DNA of 64,000 bases from a bacterium (GTDB taxonomy: Bacteria; AUK180): contig JAGLGN010000014.1 of assembly GCA_023144005.1 (NCBI GenBank), positions 29,984 through 93,983 of the forward strand. The letters run 5' to 3'. Shown here piece after piece: positions 27,407-37,000 of the stretch. Under the pieces are notes generated by a model. That model saw only the letters and a list, made by a program, of their open reading frames with translations. It did no database searches and was not told where the DNA came from. Every line of letters starts with the position of its first letter. Within the stretch, counting starts at the first letter, position 1. Position numbers and translations under genes: made by a program.

Positions 27407-30307
27407 TCAGAATTCATGTTGAAGATCCGCGATCTCCATATCGCCAGAGGAATTGCCGGAGGTAAATCTCAGTAATTTGCCGTCACATATCTTATATCTT
27501 ACATAACCCACTGAGAGATCATAGAAGTTGGTGCCGGCCTTATCCTTCAGATAACTAAAATCCTTCTGGAATTGAGCTAACTCCTTGCCCTTGTTGAAAT
27601 AATCTATATGAAAAAGCATGTCCATGGGCAATGCGAGATTCAGCATATCCTTGAGTTTGTAGTTATACAGGAAGCGTGTGGGCATAAGGACCACATCGAC
27701 CTTATCGAAATACTGCTTGTATGACATCAGTTTATCCACTTCCCCCCTGTCCAGATCAGCGGCTAATAAAAACTGTTTTCTTGAGATCTCAATACCCTTT
27801 TTCTTCAAGATATAGTCCGCTTTGAGTACCATATTATCCTGAAAATAGTCCTCTTTGTCGCTGCTTTCCGGGTAGATAGCATATATCTCAAACACATATT
27901 CACTATTCCCCACCTTCTTACTCTCTCTTAGAATATAATCACCCGCCTTTACCACGACATGGGGTATTTTGCTGGACATTAGGGTGTTGCTTACCTTCTG
28001 ACACGTTTCATATCTGCTTTTTACCCAATAAGCCTGGCCTCTTTCCAGTAAATACTCATTATCAGTAGATTTCAAGAAATCTTCATAGCTAGATGCGGAT
28101 GCTTTTTGCACATCTGTGGGAATATAGACCTTCCCCACGGGGTATTCCCTCAGTATTGTGGTAACCGCCGAGTTATTATCCTGAGAATAATCCGTCAGGA
28201 TCAGATCGTCTATACGGTTGATACCGTAAGACATCAAAATGCTCATGACCACACGGTCGGCCTCGTCCCACTCCCTTCTGTTATAGAGAGAATGCTTACC
28301 TGCATTTATCAGCACATTTCTTCCCGAAGGCGTTTTGATGAAAACGACATTGCCCTTTGAAAGGGAAAAGAAGGTTATATCAACTTCATTATCCCTTTTT
28401 GTGGGTATCAGCAGAAGTATGGAGCCCAGCAGGACAATAGCGATTATGATCGCGGGCAGAAACTTAAATATACGCGCCCTCTTATCATGTTTCTGTTTGA
28501 ATACCGTCAATTTATATTTATAGTCAAGCCACTTACTTTTGATATACGGAAGATTGATAATGATAAGCAGCGCCACAAAATAGAATATCAGCCCGCCGAA
28601 GGTGAACTTCTTCACATACGGATATGGGAAAGTGGTCGAAAAGAAATGCGCGGACTGTATAAAGAGCTTCAACAGCAGATAATTAGCGGCATTGATGAAC
28701 AGTCCCATATATATCCCTACAACGGGTATCAGAGACAGAATTGCCGCGATCATCCCCAATTGGACATTGATGCCGATGAGGGGTATGGCGATGTAATTGG
28801 CGTACATACCCGCAATTGGATATCTGCCAAAATAATATGCGGAAAGCGGGATCATCATTCCCAGCTGTATCGCAAATTGTGCCGATATGAAGGATATCAG
28901 CCAAGGCGGCATCTTTCTGTAGGATGGAGCGGCAAGCTGCTTTTTTTCCTCAAATTTATTGGATAAATACAAAAACACCCCGGAAGCGGCAAAAAATCCC
29001 CACAGAAACAGTGAATTAAAGAAATAGCTCTTGAAGATGATGATAAGCGCGGTGAAGGAGGCGAAAACAAAGCAAGCCGCCCAAAAGGTATATCCGATCA
29101 GATACTTCTTGAAAATATCATCCAGAAACGGCGTGATAAGGACAAGTGATAGCACCGCCCCAAACGATAGAGTAAAGGATGCTTCTCTCAATAGAAGCGG
29201 GTTCACAAATAATATCATAAGAGCGGCAACGGAAATACCCACCTCGATCGAGGTTCGCAGCCCCTTGCCGGAAAGAACCCATGCCATCAGCACGGCGCTA
29301 TTCATTATTACGGCCCGCAAAGTGGATGGCCGTCCGCCGGTGATTATCGCGAATATCACTAAAAAGAGTATCGTAATAATTGCATAAACTCTTCTGGGAA
29401 CCCCTATCAGTGAGAATATCCCGACAAAGAATATCATAAGGATCGTAACATGAAGCCCCGACACGGCCAGTACATGATTCACACCCGCCCTTTTGAACTC
29501 ATCCTTTATCTGATATCGGGCATCAGGCAGGAAGATCCCGTCCATGCCGTATCTCAACCCCAGGGTAATACCGCCTAAAAATGCCGACTCCGGGTATTTC
29601 ACCGTTCTTCGAATGGTTTTCAGGAATTTCTGTTTGATACCCAATGAGAAGGCGACAAAAGGATTCTTCTTCGTCAGCTCATCGGGGGTGATGCGCGACG
29701 CATCCTTGAAATACGCAGTATAATATACTCCGGTGCTTTCCAGAAATTTTCTATAATCAAAGCCGCCCGGATTCGTTGCTTTCTGCGGCCTCTTCAAGTC
29801 CGTTTCAAAAGTGATATAGTGCCCGTATGAGAGAAATTCCGGGAATTTCCCCTTCTTGAATGAATAATTAAGAAGTATCTTGCCCTTTTTCACTTCTTTC
29901 GAACGGGCGCCGTTAACTGAGATCTTCAGGGGCTTGACATATACCCGCATCCGATTTTCAAAATACTCGGGTTCTCTGTACACATAACCTTCGACCGTTG
30001 CGGATATTTTGTCTTCTCCTCCGGTAACGGTCAGTATATGCCCTTTTCTATCGATATTCAGAGCATTGTGTGTAAAAGCCAATCCCAACACAAAGGGCAA
30101 AAGGTAAAAGGCCATCAGCATAGGTATCTTCTTGATATACCCCCAGCGCTTATAAGAATAAAACCCCACTGCGATAGCCGCGAGAAGAACGACGGCAGAA
30201 AGGATGAAAAGAAAAAACGGAGAGGCCAGAGGGAAGACACCGAAACTGATGAGTATGCCGAGGACAAAGAACAATGTAAAGAGGTAGAGTTTATTTTCCC
30301 AATACAT
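27407..30307 (-). CDS. comEC: ComEC/Rec2 DNA uptake channel (DUF4131/OB + Competence + degenerate MBL domain)
   Basis: NPGGFDYRKFL, HVLAVSGLHV, GGRPSTLRAVIM, SFTLSF motifs; the C-terminal MBL-like region lacks HxHxDH. Confidence 0.95.
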   Translation of the reverse strand: MYWENKLYLFTLFFVLGILISFGVFPLASPFFLFILSAVVLLAAIAVGFYSYKRWGYIKKIPMLMAFYLLPFVLGLAFTHNALNIDRKGHILTVTGGEDKISATVEGYVYREPEYFENRMRVYVKPLKISVNGARSKEVKKGKILLNYSFKKGKFPEFLSYGHYITFETDLKRPQKATNPGGFDYRKFLESTGVYYTAYFKDASRITPDELTKKNPFVAFSLGIKQKFLKTIRRTVKYPESAFLGGITLGLRYGMDGIFLPDARYQIKDEFKRAGVNHVLAVSGLHVTILMIFFVGIFSLIGVPRRVYAIITILFLVIFAIITGGRPSTLRAVIMNSAVLMAWVLSGKGLRTSIEVGISVAALMILFVNPLLLREASFTLSFGAVLSLVLITPFLDDIFKKYLIGYTFWAACFVFASFTALIIIFKSYFFNSLFLWGFFAASGVFLYLSNKFEEKKQLAAPSYRKMPPWLISFISAQFAIQLGMMIPLSAYYFGRYPIAGMYANYIAIPLIGINVQLGMIAAILSLIPVVGIYMGLFINAANYLLLKLFIQSAHFFSTTFPYPYVKKFTFGGLIFYFVALLIIINLPYIKSKWLDYKYKLTVFKQKHDKRARIFKFLPAIIIAIVLLGSILLLIPTKRDNEVDITFFSLSKGNVVFIKTPSGRNVLINAGKHSLYNRREWDEADRVVMSILMSYGINRIDDLILTDYSQDNNSAVTTILREYPVGKVYIPTDVQKASASSYEDFLKSTDNEYLLERGQAYWVKSRYETCQKVSNTLMSSKIPHVVVKAGDYILRESKKVGNSEYVFEIYAIYPESSDKEDYFQDNMVLKADYILKKKGIEISRKQFLLAADLDRGEVDKLMSYKQYFDKVDVVLMPTRFLYNYKLKDMLNLALPMDMLFHIDYFNKGKELAQFQKDFSYLKDKAGTNFYDLSVGYVRYKICDGKLLRFTSGNSSGDMEIADLQHEF

Positions 30308-30456
30308 TATTTTTCTTCCAAAAACCCGTAATACGATTCATTGGACCTGAGATTTCCCTCGATCGTATAATTCTTATCAAAGGCCAGAACCAGGATCGCG
30401 GCAATCGCAATGATAATTATTCCTATTAAAATAAAGGTCTTCTTTCCTTTTTTCAT
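30307..30456 (-). CDS. Unannotated 49-aa single-pass membrane protein
   Basis: Hand translation MKKGKKTFILIGIIIIAIAAILVLAFDKNYTIEGNLRSNESYYGFLEEK*; TAATG overlaps at both ends. Confidence 0.75.
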   Translation of the reverse strand: MKKGKKTFILIGIIIIAIAAILVLAFDKNYTIEGNLRSNESYYGFLEEK

Positions 30457-32447
30457 TAACTTCTCCAGTCAAGATAGAATTTGAAAGCCCTCTGCGGAAC
30501 CGTATTATCAGCCCTTGCCGAATTGTCCTGAATATAATACCTTCTTTTGTACCCTATTTTCAGCTTCAGATTCTTTCTCCAGAGGTTTTTGCTGTAATCA
30601 ACAGACCACTCCCGGTATTCCTCTGAGGTGGATGAGTCCGACTTCCTGTAAATATTATTGTCCGTGGATTTAAATGAGAACAGGAATGTACCCAGAGCGG
30701 GTTTCCAGTTCGCCTTCAGCTGATAGGATGCGTTGGCCTTTCTCTGAGGCAGTGAATGTTCCATATAGGTATTGAAGCGGTAAACGCCTGTCAGGCGTAA
30801 TTTCTCGGATAGATTGTAATTAAAAGTCACATAAGTCCTGGTGCTTTTGTCCGATTCGGAATAATCCGTAATATATGAATCATTCAAGTCCCTTGCCAGA
30901 TCGTTATCTTTGTACCGCTGCGTCACCGCCATATCAACGAGCGGTGTTATAGGATATTGAAATTTTACCGAGCCGTCGAAATTGGTCTGAAGGGTTGAAT
31001 AATATCTCCAGATATCCGCTTTGGGAGTGATCTCTAATTTCCCCAATTTTAAAAGCGCATCGAATTTAATGCCCCTTTCGTTCTGGGCGGAAAGCTCCGC
31101 AGGAGATTCATATGTAGCGAATGTATATGAGTAGGGATTTTCAAATTCCCTGTGGAAATCCCTGTAAATAAAATTGATCCGCGCGGTTTTCTTTTTCATG
31201 GTCATCTTCAATAAGAAGCCGTGAGCGCCGGATTCCAATTGCCCGAATTCCGCCTGAATAGCCGATTTTTTAAAAGGAGTCCACCGCATATTCAATCCCC
31301 ATACCCATGCATCGAACATGTCTTCAGAGTAATTATTCGGCTTGTAGAGATCAGAGGCATAGATCTCCTTATTATGATAAACGGTCATTCCGATAAAATT
31401 GTCCTCTCCGCCGATTCGCATATGTCCGCCGAAAATGGTCTTGTTGACATAATTCGGAATGGAAAGAGCGATCGTGTCTTCGTCGAAATCGGTCTCTGAA
31501 TACGCCGATTCATCCGCGCTGAAATCAGCCGAACTGACCAGAAGATGCGAATACTGATAGAGCTTGTCCTGTATCTGTGACGCGAAGATGAAAATCTCCG
31601 CCGGTCCCAGCACCGTTCGCATGCCGGCACCCAGGAGATTCAGATTAAAATCGGAAGTAACATCACTTGAACGGTCTCCTTTGAAGCCGTAGAGATTTTT
31701 GTTATCGGATTCATTAAAGACCACGCCAAGGCCGAAGCCCGCCATGTAATTTCCCGTGATCAATTGGAAGTTCTTTGTATTCCAATTTATAAATACCTTA
31801 GGCAGGGGCCATATTGTTTTCTTCGGGTCAACTATCACTTCGCCGGGCTGAAGGAAGATCTCGCCGTTTTCATCATAGGTAACAGGCCCGTCATATTCCT
31901 CAAAGCTGTATGTAGCGTATCTGCGTTCCTGAAGAATTCCTATATCCAATACCTTTCCGAGGCGGAAGCGGTACTTGAACTGTACATAGGGCGTTTCTTC
32001 CGATTTGGTCGTGGAAGAGACCTCGTCCCGGAATTTAAAGTTGAGGTCCGTTTTCCTTTTCAATACCTTCTTACCCTTGACCTTCTTTATCTTGACTGGA
32101 GGAATGATACGCATAAATCCCTCAACAAAACTGAAGTCGGTACGCCCAAGGATCTTTTTGAGCGGCTTGTCATCTTTAAATGGCCGGTTCTTGATGATCT
32201 CATTAGCGATCTCAAGGTTTACCTTGGGAAGCCGTAACAGCTCGCTCTTGGGAGCGCTATTGACCTCTATCGGATTTGAGAAGAGTTCCCAAAGCATAAT
32301 ATACTGCTCTTGATCGATATCTCCGGACTCGTAGAGATCCGCGATCTCGTCTTCCGTAGATATGGGTATCGAAAGATCATAATCCTGAGCAAATGCAAAA
32401 GAGGCCAAAAACAAAACGATCAGAAATAGTATTCTACCTTTCATCAT
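30456..32447 (-). CDS. Helix-hairpin-helix domain + predicted outer-membrane beta-barrel protein
   Basis: Signal peptide; IEVNSAPKSELLRLPKV...IIKNRPF (ComEA-like HhH); long amphipathic-strand region ending FYLDWRS. Confidence 0.75.
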   Translation of the reverse strand: MMKGRILFLIVLFLASFAFAQDYDLSIPISTEDEIADLYESGDIDQEQYIMLWELFSNPIEVNSAPKSELLRLPKVNLEIANEIIKNRPFKDDKPLKKILGRTDFSFVEGFMRIIPPVKIKKVKGKKVLKRKTDLNFKFRDEVSSTTKSEETPYVQFKYRFRLGKVLDIGILQERRYATYSFEEYDGPVTYDENGEIFLQPGEVIVDPKKTIWPLPKVFINWNTKNFQLITGNYMAGFGLGVVFNESDNKNLYGFKGDRSSDVTSDFNLNLLGAGMRTVLGPAEIFIFASQIQDKLYQYSHLLVSSADFSADESAYSETDFDEDTIALSIPNYVNKTIFGGHMRIGGEDNFIGMTVYHNKEIYASDLYKPNNYSEDMFDAWVWGLNMRWTPFKKSAIQAEFGQLESGAHGFLLKMTMKKKTARINFIYRDFHREFENPYSYTFATYESPAELSAQNERGIKFDALLKLGKLEITPKADIWRYYSTLQTNFDGSVKFQYPITPLVDMAVTQRYKDNDLARDLNDSYITDYSESDKSTRTYVTFNYNLSEKLRLTGVYRFNTYMEHSLPQRKANASYQLKANWKPALGTFLFSFKSTDNNIYRKSDSSTSEEYREWSVDYSKNLWRKNLKLKIGYKRRYYIQDNSARADNTVPQRAFKFYLDWRS

Positions 32448-33922
32448 TCACCTCCCTGTCCATTGTCAACAGCTGGATCGTATTCTCCCGTTTTTATCAT
32501 ATTTCTCATATTCTCAAAGGTCTTGGGGCCTATTCTGGGAACATTCATAATATCCTCTATGTTCTTAAATCCGCCGTTTTGCTTCCTGTAGGAAAGAATG
32601 TTCGCCGCTGTCTTCACTCCTACGCGCGGAAGTTTCTGCAGCTCCGCACTGTCCGCGGAGTTGATATCTATTAGCGGTCCGCTGTAAGAGGTCTTCGAGG
32701 CGGTGGAAGTGGACGAGGAACTGCGTGACGGTACAATTTGAGACGATGACTCATATTTACTGCCAACGGTAATATAGGACCGTATTTTTTCAACGGTCTT
32801 AGCGCCGATCCTGGAGACATTCTGCAGGTCTTCCACTCTTCTGAACGGCCCGTTCACCTTCCGGTATTCCACTATACGCTCTGCCGTCTTACTGCCGATA
32901 CCCGGGATCGCGGATAGCTCCTCCGCATTTGCGAGGTTAATATTTATCCTGCCGTTGATCACCGAGAGTTCGGGTTTGGATTCTTTGTTTCCGAGTCCAA
33001 AGGCAAAGGTATGTGTGGCGCCCAGCTCCGGATGTACCTTCAAGGCGTATGAAACCGCCATACCGCCACCGTAAATACCGAGACCGGCAGAATAGGAAAG
33101 ACGCTCCGAGTGAAGATATTCAATGCCGCCGAATAGAGCAAAGTTATCCGTCATATCATACTTGATGCCAAAATGATATTCGGAATAGAGGTCCCGTTTA
33201 GCCGCGAAATTTTCCAGATATGCGTCATAGTCGGCAAAATCACCGACCGCCTCTTCTATCTCCGCTTCCTCGGCGTCGGTATAGCTCCCGAGTCCGTAAG
33301 TATGTTTCAGAAACGATGCGGGAATATTTGCGATCAAATTGAAATAAATATTCAATTGTACAAATGGCGTATATGATACCCCTATGCCGACATCCCTCGC
33401 CATGTATTCCTGGCCGATATACGGCGCCGAAACATTTCTGAATCTTGCTCCGAAATAAAGTTCCTGATTTACAAAAAGCACCATTCCCATATCCAGGGCA
33501 AGTGTGGATGCCGAACCGATCTCATCGATAACGACACTCATATATTTCCCTTTGAAGCCAAGTGCGAAATTAGAGCCCACATTAAAGGCGCCGGCGAATT
33601 GTATCTGCTGCTCCGCATACAGCCATGAGCCGAATTTTATAAGGTTCAGGCCCATTGTCATGGAACCGAAGCGCTTAATATAATTTGCTGAGGTATTTGC
33701 GAGCTCATCCATGCCGTAGAGCCGGGATGTGGTAAAATTCAAATGGACATTCTCCAGATAGGCCAGCATGGCGGGATTATTGTATATCGCCTCCGGGCCC
33801 ATAAGGACCAGATTTGCTCCGCCGGTAGCGAGGTTCAGGGGCATATTCCCCTCAAATTCAAAGGCAGTCCATCCATTGGCGGCCAGAATGATCGCGCAAA
33901 CTACTATTATTATTTTTTTCAT
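32444..33922 (-). CDS. PorV/PorQ-like beta-barrel fused to two ComEA-type HhH DNA-binding domains
   Basis: ATGGA...AIYNNPA barrel start; ININLANAEELSAIPGIGSKTAERIVEYR and IDINSADSAELQKLPRVGVKTAANILSYR, joined by a Ser/Thr linker. Confidence 0.88.
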   Translation of the reverse strand: MKKIIIVVCAIILAANGWTAFEFEGNMPLNLATGGANLVLMGPEAIYNNPAMLAYLENVHLNFTTSRLYGMDELANTSANYIKRFGSMTMGLNLIKFGSWLYAEQQIQFAGAFNVGSNFALGFKGKYMSVVIDEIGSASTLALDMGMVLFVNQELYFGARFRNVSAPYIGQEYMARDVGIGVSYTPFVQLNIYFNLIANIPASFLKHTYGLGSYTDAEEAEIEEAVGDFADYDAYLENFAAKRDLYSEYHFGIKYDMTDNFALFGGIEYLHSERLSYSAGLGIYGGGMAVSYALKVHPELGATHTFAFGLGNKESKPELSVINGRININLANAEELSAIPGIGSKTAERIVEYRKVNGPFRRVEDLQNVSRIGAKTVEKIRSYITVGSKYESSSQIVPSRSSSSTSTASKTSYSGPLIDINSADSAELQKLPRVGVKTAANILSYRKQNGGFKNIEDIMNVPRIGPKTFENMRNMIKTGEYDPAVDNGQGGE

Positions 33923-33931
33923 GGCAGCCCC

Positions 33932-36900
33932 CTACATCCTTTTCCCAATGGCAACGACTTCTTTCTTATAAATAGATTTCGTTTCATTTCTCAATTCGAT
34001 GTATAGAATATATACACCCATGGGCAGCGGTCGGTTACGGTTATCGTCGCCGATCCATTTCACAGAGAAAGGCCCCGGCGGAAGAACTGTCTTTTCCGAT
34101 AATGTTTTTACTTCTCTTCCGGCAACATCATATACGCGCACTGTAAGCACTCCCTCGGAAACAACATGCAGGGAGATCTCGGTATATAATCTGTTCGGAT
34201 CGCTGCCGTCATTAACAAAGCTCCTCGGGGAGATCTCGATCTGCGTAATATTGCCTGCGGGGATCTCCGTTTCATCGCAAGGTCTTCCCATCGTGGGTTC
34301 TTCCGTGATCGTCCAATCGGCAAGCGTGTTCGTATCTGTAAATTCCGCATCACGCGTTATAGATGATTCTTCATCCACATTATTTGATCTGATGGCATTG
34401 GTGGCGGCATAGATCCAATCGTAAATATATCCGCTGTCCGGCTGCTCGCCAAGAGGATAATCGGGGTATTTCGCCATATTGGGGAAGAATTTGTATATCT
34501 CTCCGTCCCAATGATATGCTCCTAATTTGGGATCGGATGAAAAATATACCTCATAGAAATCGCTGTATTCAATATAAGAGATATCTATCAATTCTGAAAC
34601 GACCCATGTCGACGCGGCGGGAACCACCTGTCCGTCAGCTATAAGATCACCGTTCTCGTCAAAGGGGAATATCTGTTCTTCTGAGTTTCTTTCAGCCCAT
34701 ACAACGGCATCTTTGATATTTCCGGAAAAATCCCGAAGCTCAAGATTTTCATCCGTGCTGGAAAGTGAAAGTTTTGAAAGATAGACCGTTAATATGCCGT
34801 CACTTCCCGCGGTAAGTTCGCTGTCGCTTTCATTTCCTACGGTGATAATGACAAATTCTCCTGTTTTCAAGGTCGTTCCAGGCTGAATTATCGCGACTAC
34901 ACTGTCCGTCAGCATGAAACAGCCCCCGACATCTACGCCTGCCCCGGAATTGCCGTCATCCTTGCAATAAAGCTCTATCCAATCCGGAAATCCAGAAGGT
35001 GAGTAAAAGTAAACCTCTGATATCACGATATCCGTTTCGGCGGGCAAGGTATCGATCGGATGGCCGTAACCCGGCGTAACGACCAGTGTATTCTTCCAGT
35101 CAACTTTATCATTGGTATCCGTATTGAAGTAATCCCTGACAATGGAGCCCTTTGAAAAATCAGAAGAGACACAGTCGATCTCTTCGCCGTCAACGGGAGA
35201 GCCGTAGCCTATATTCCATTGGCCGACAGCAAAGGCTTCTTCAAAATCATCGTCGGACAGTGAACCGCCCTGATCCGCCCAGCAGACAAGGTCTATCAAT
35301 TCGCCGTTCGGCGTAAATATACCCATTTGTTCGTCCGAATCGGTTATTCCTGTATCGGCGGTCGTCACAAAATATGATGCCTTGGTTAGAGGAAGCTCCC
35401 AGTCATCAGCATTATCATATATTAACAATCCGTAATCGCCGGTACGGAAAATACCGGTTGAAAGCTTTTTATCGGCACTTGCATCCAGGTCCGTAATGGA
35501 GGCGCGGGTGCCGTAGGTGGATATCGAATCAAGGTCATCTATATAAAAACCCCCAAGATCGATACCGTTTCCATTATTACCGTCATCTATCATATAAAAT
35601 TCAACAAAATCCTCGCCGTATGTCCCGATAGAATCTACTTCGGTAATGAGTATCACCGGGTCTTTTACCGTTATTGACTCGAAATAATCCGAAACGGAAT
35701 TACCGGTATCCGAGATCGCATTTGCCTTTTGATCAGCGCCCGTGACCCAGAAACCTATGACCGAAAGATTGGGAATATCCACGGTGGAGCCTTTGGTAAG
35801 GTCAGCTCCGCCTTTATAGACTAAGGAATTTCCCCATATAATGCCGTCTTCGCTGCCGTCCGCGCCGGAGCTGTAGACAAGTGTTACCGTACCGGTATCA
35901 ACAAATACTCCCGTGGAGGTCTTGATCTCATACCATAAACTCAAAGTAGATGTATCTTCAATACCACCCTCTTCTGAAAGCATCAACTCAAATGATGTTG
36001 CTGAAAGAGAAACACGGGGGAAATCGCCCGAAGGGGACATAGAAAGAGGAGCAGGGCCGGTAATATCGATCGGCAAGACCGTTAGGTCCGCGGAAACAAT
36101 GCCGTCCACTCCTGTATTTTCCGGTGTTATTTCAATAACTCCCGGAGATAGGCATCCGCCGAAATCAACCGTGCCCTCGCCATTGATCAGGGTCAGCGCG
36201 ATCGTGTCGGTGCCTCCCGAAAATTGGCCGGTTCCGGTGGGAGAAGCAGATAGCGTAATATCCAATGTCGGAGACGAGGTATAAACAGAGTAATTCTCAT
36301 CAAGAAGCTTAACCGTGACCGTCGTGGTCTCCGGCGCACCTCCGAAAACTTCTATTCTGGTGGGATATACGAAAGCACGGAGATTGATAGAGGCCTCGGT
36401 AGGCCCGACCGAATTTGGGTGACGGGGCGTACCGTAGATCGGATTACCCAGATAATCAGTGCCGTATATGGTAATTAGGTCATTATCCGCCCAATTTGAA
36501 GAATCGTTGCCGTCCTTTCCGAGAATGATCTTTTCCATGGAAACACCGCCCGATTGGCCGGCGAACCATCCATCAGAACAGTCCACTTGATCAATGAGAT
36601 TAGCGGAGCTATCATACAAACGGAGGTTTTCTCCGTCATTTGAAAGTTTACTGTAGCCAAGATCTTCCGAATCACTTCCGATATCGGCGATCGCCTGTTT
36701 TACCGGCTCAGTAGTGCTTCTGTATTCTATCAGATAATATGCTCCTGATCCGATAGTGGTCGTATTGGCAGTGGTAAGGTCAACAATTATTCCCCCGCTA
36801 TCCCAAATATACCATCCGGTAAGATCGATATCGGAACCCGTGGGATTGTAAAGCTCGATCCATTCATACCCGCTCTGGGCAATGGTACCGCTCCATGAAA

Positions 36901-36994
36901 GTTCTGAAATAACAACATCGCCGCTTGAAGCGGAATGTATAGCAAGGGGCAGTATTAAAAGGACTATCAAGAATGTTAGTATTTTTTTCATCAT
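33932..36994 (-). CDS. Secreted protein with three lamin-tail domains and a FlgD/CHU-like C-terminal domain
   Basis: VVISE...EWIELYN, LITEV...DFVEFY, IVISEV...DWIELY; C-terminal VYDVAGREVK...W.G...LPMGVYI. Confidence 0.85.
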   Translation of the reverse strand: MMKKILTFLIVLLILPLAIHSASSGDVVISELSWSGTIAQSGYEWIELYNPTGSDIDLTGWYIWDSGGIIVDLTTANTTTIGSGAYYLIEYRSTTEPVKQAIADIGSDSEDLGYSKLSNDGENLRLYDSSANLIDQVDCSDGWFAGQSGGVSMEKIILGKDGNDSSNWADNDLITIYGTDYLGNPIYGTPRHPNSVGPTEASINLRAFVYPTRIEVFGGAPETTTVTVKLLDENYSVYTSSPTLDITLSASPTGTGQFSGGTDTIALTLINGEGTVDFGGCLSPGVIEITPENTGVDGIVSADLTVLPIDITGPAPLSMSPSGDFPRVSLSATSFELMLSEEGGIEDTSTLSLWYEIKTSTGVFVDTGTVTLVYSSGADGSEDGIIWGNSLVYKGGADLTKGSTVDIPNLSVIGFWVTGADQKANAISDTGNSVSDYFESITVKDPVILITEVDSIGTYGEDFVEFYMIDDGNNGNGIDLGGFYIDDLDSISTYGTRASITDLDASADKKLSTGIFRTGDYGLLIYDNADDWELPLTKASYFVTTADTGITDSDEQMGIFTPNGELIDLVCWADQGGSLSDDDFEEAFAVGQWNIGYGSPVDGEEIDCVSSDFSKGSIVRDYFNTDTNDKVDWKNTLVVTPGYGHPIDTLPAETDIVISEVYFYSPSGFPDWIELYCKDDGNSGAGVDVGGCFMLTDSVVAIIQPGTTLKTGEFVIITVGNESDSELTAGSDGILTVYLSKLSLSSTDENLELRDFSGNIKDAVVWAERNSEEQIFPFDENGDLIADGQVVPAASTWVVSELIDISYIEYSDFYEVYFSSDPKLGAYHWDGEIYKFFPNMAKYPDYPLGEQPDSGYIYDWIYAATNAIRSNNVDEESSITRDAEFTDTNTLADWTITEEPTMGRPCDETEIPAGNITQIEISPRSFVNDGSDPNRLYTEISLHVVSEGVLTVRVYDVAGREVKTLSEKTVLPPGPFSVKWIGDDNRNRPLPMGVYILYIELRNETKSIYKKEVVAIGKRM

Positions 36995-37000
36995 ATACTC

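Noticed and set aside
30038-30331. 97-aa plus-strand ORF
   Set aside because: Antisense shadow of the comEC N-terminal TM region
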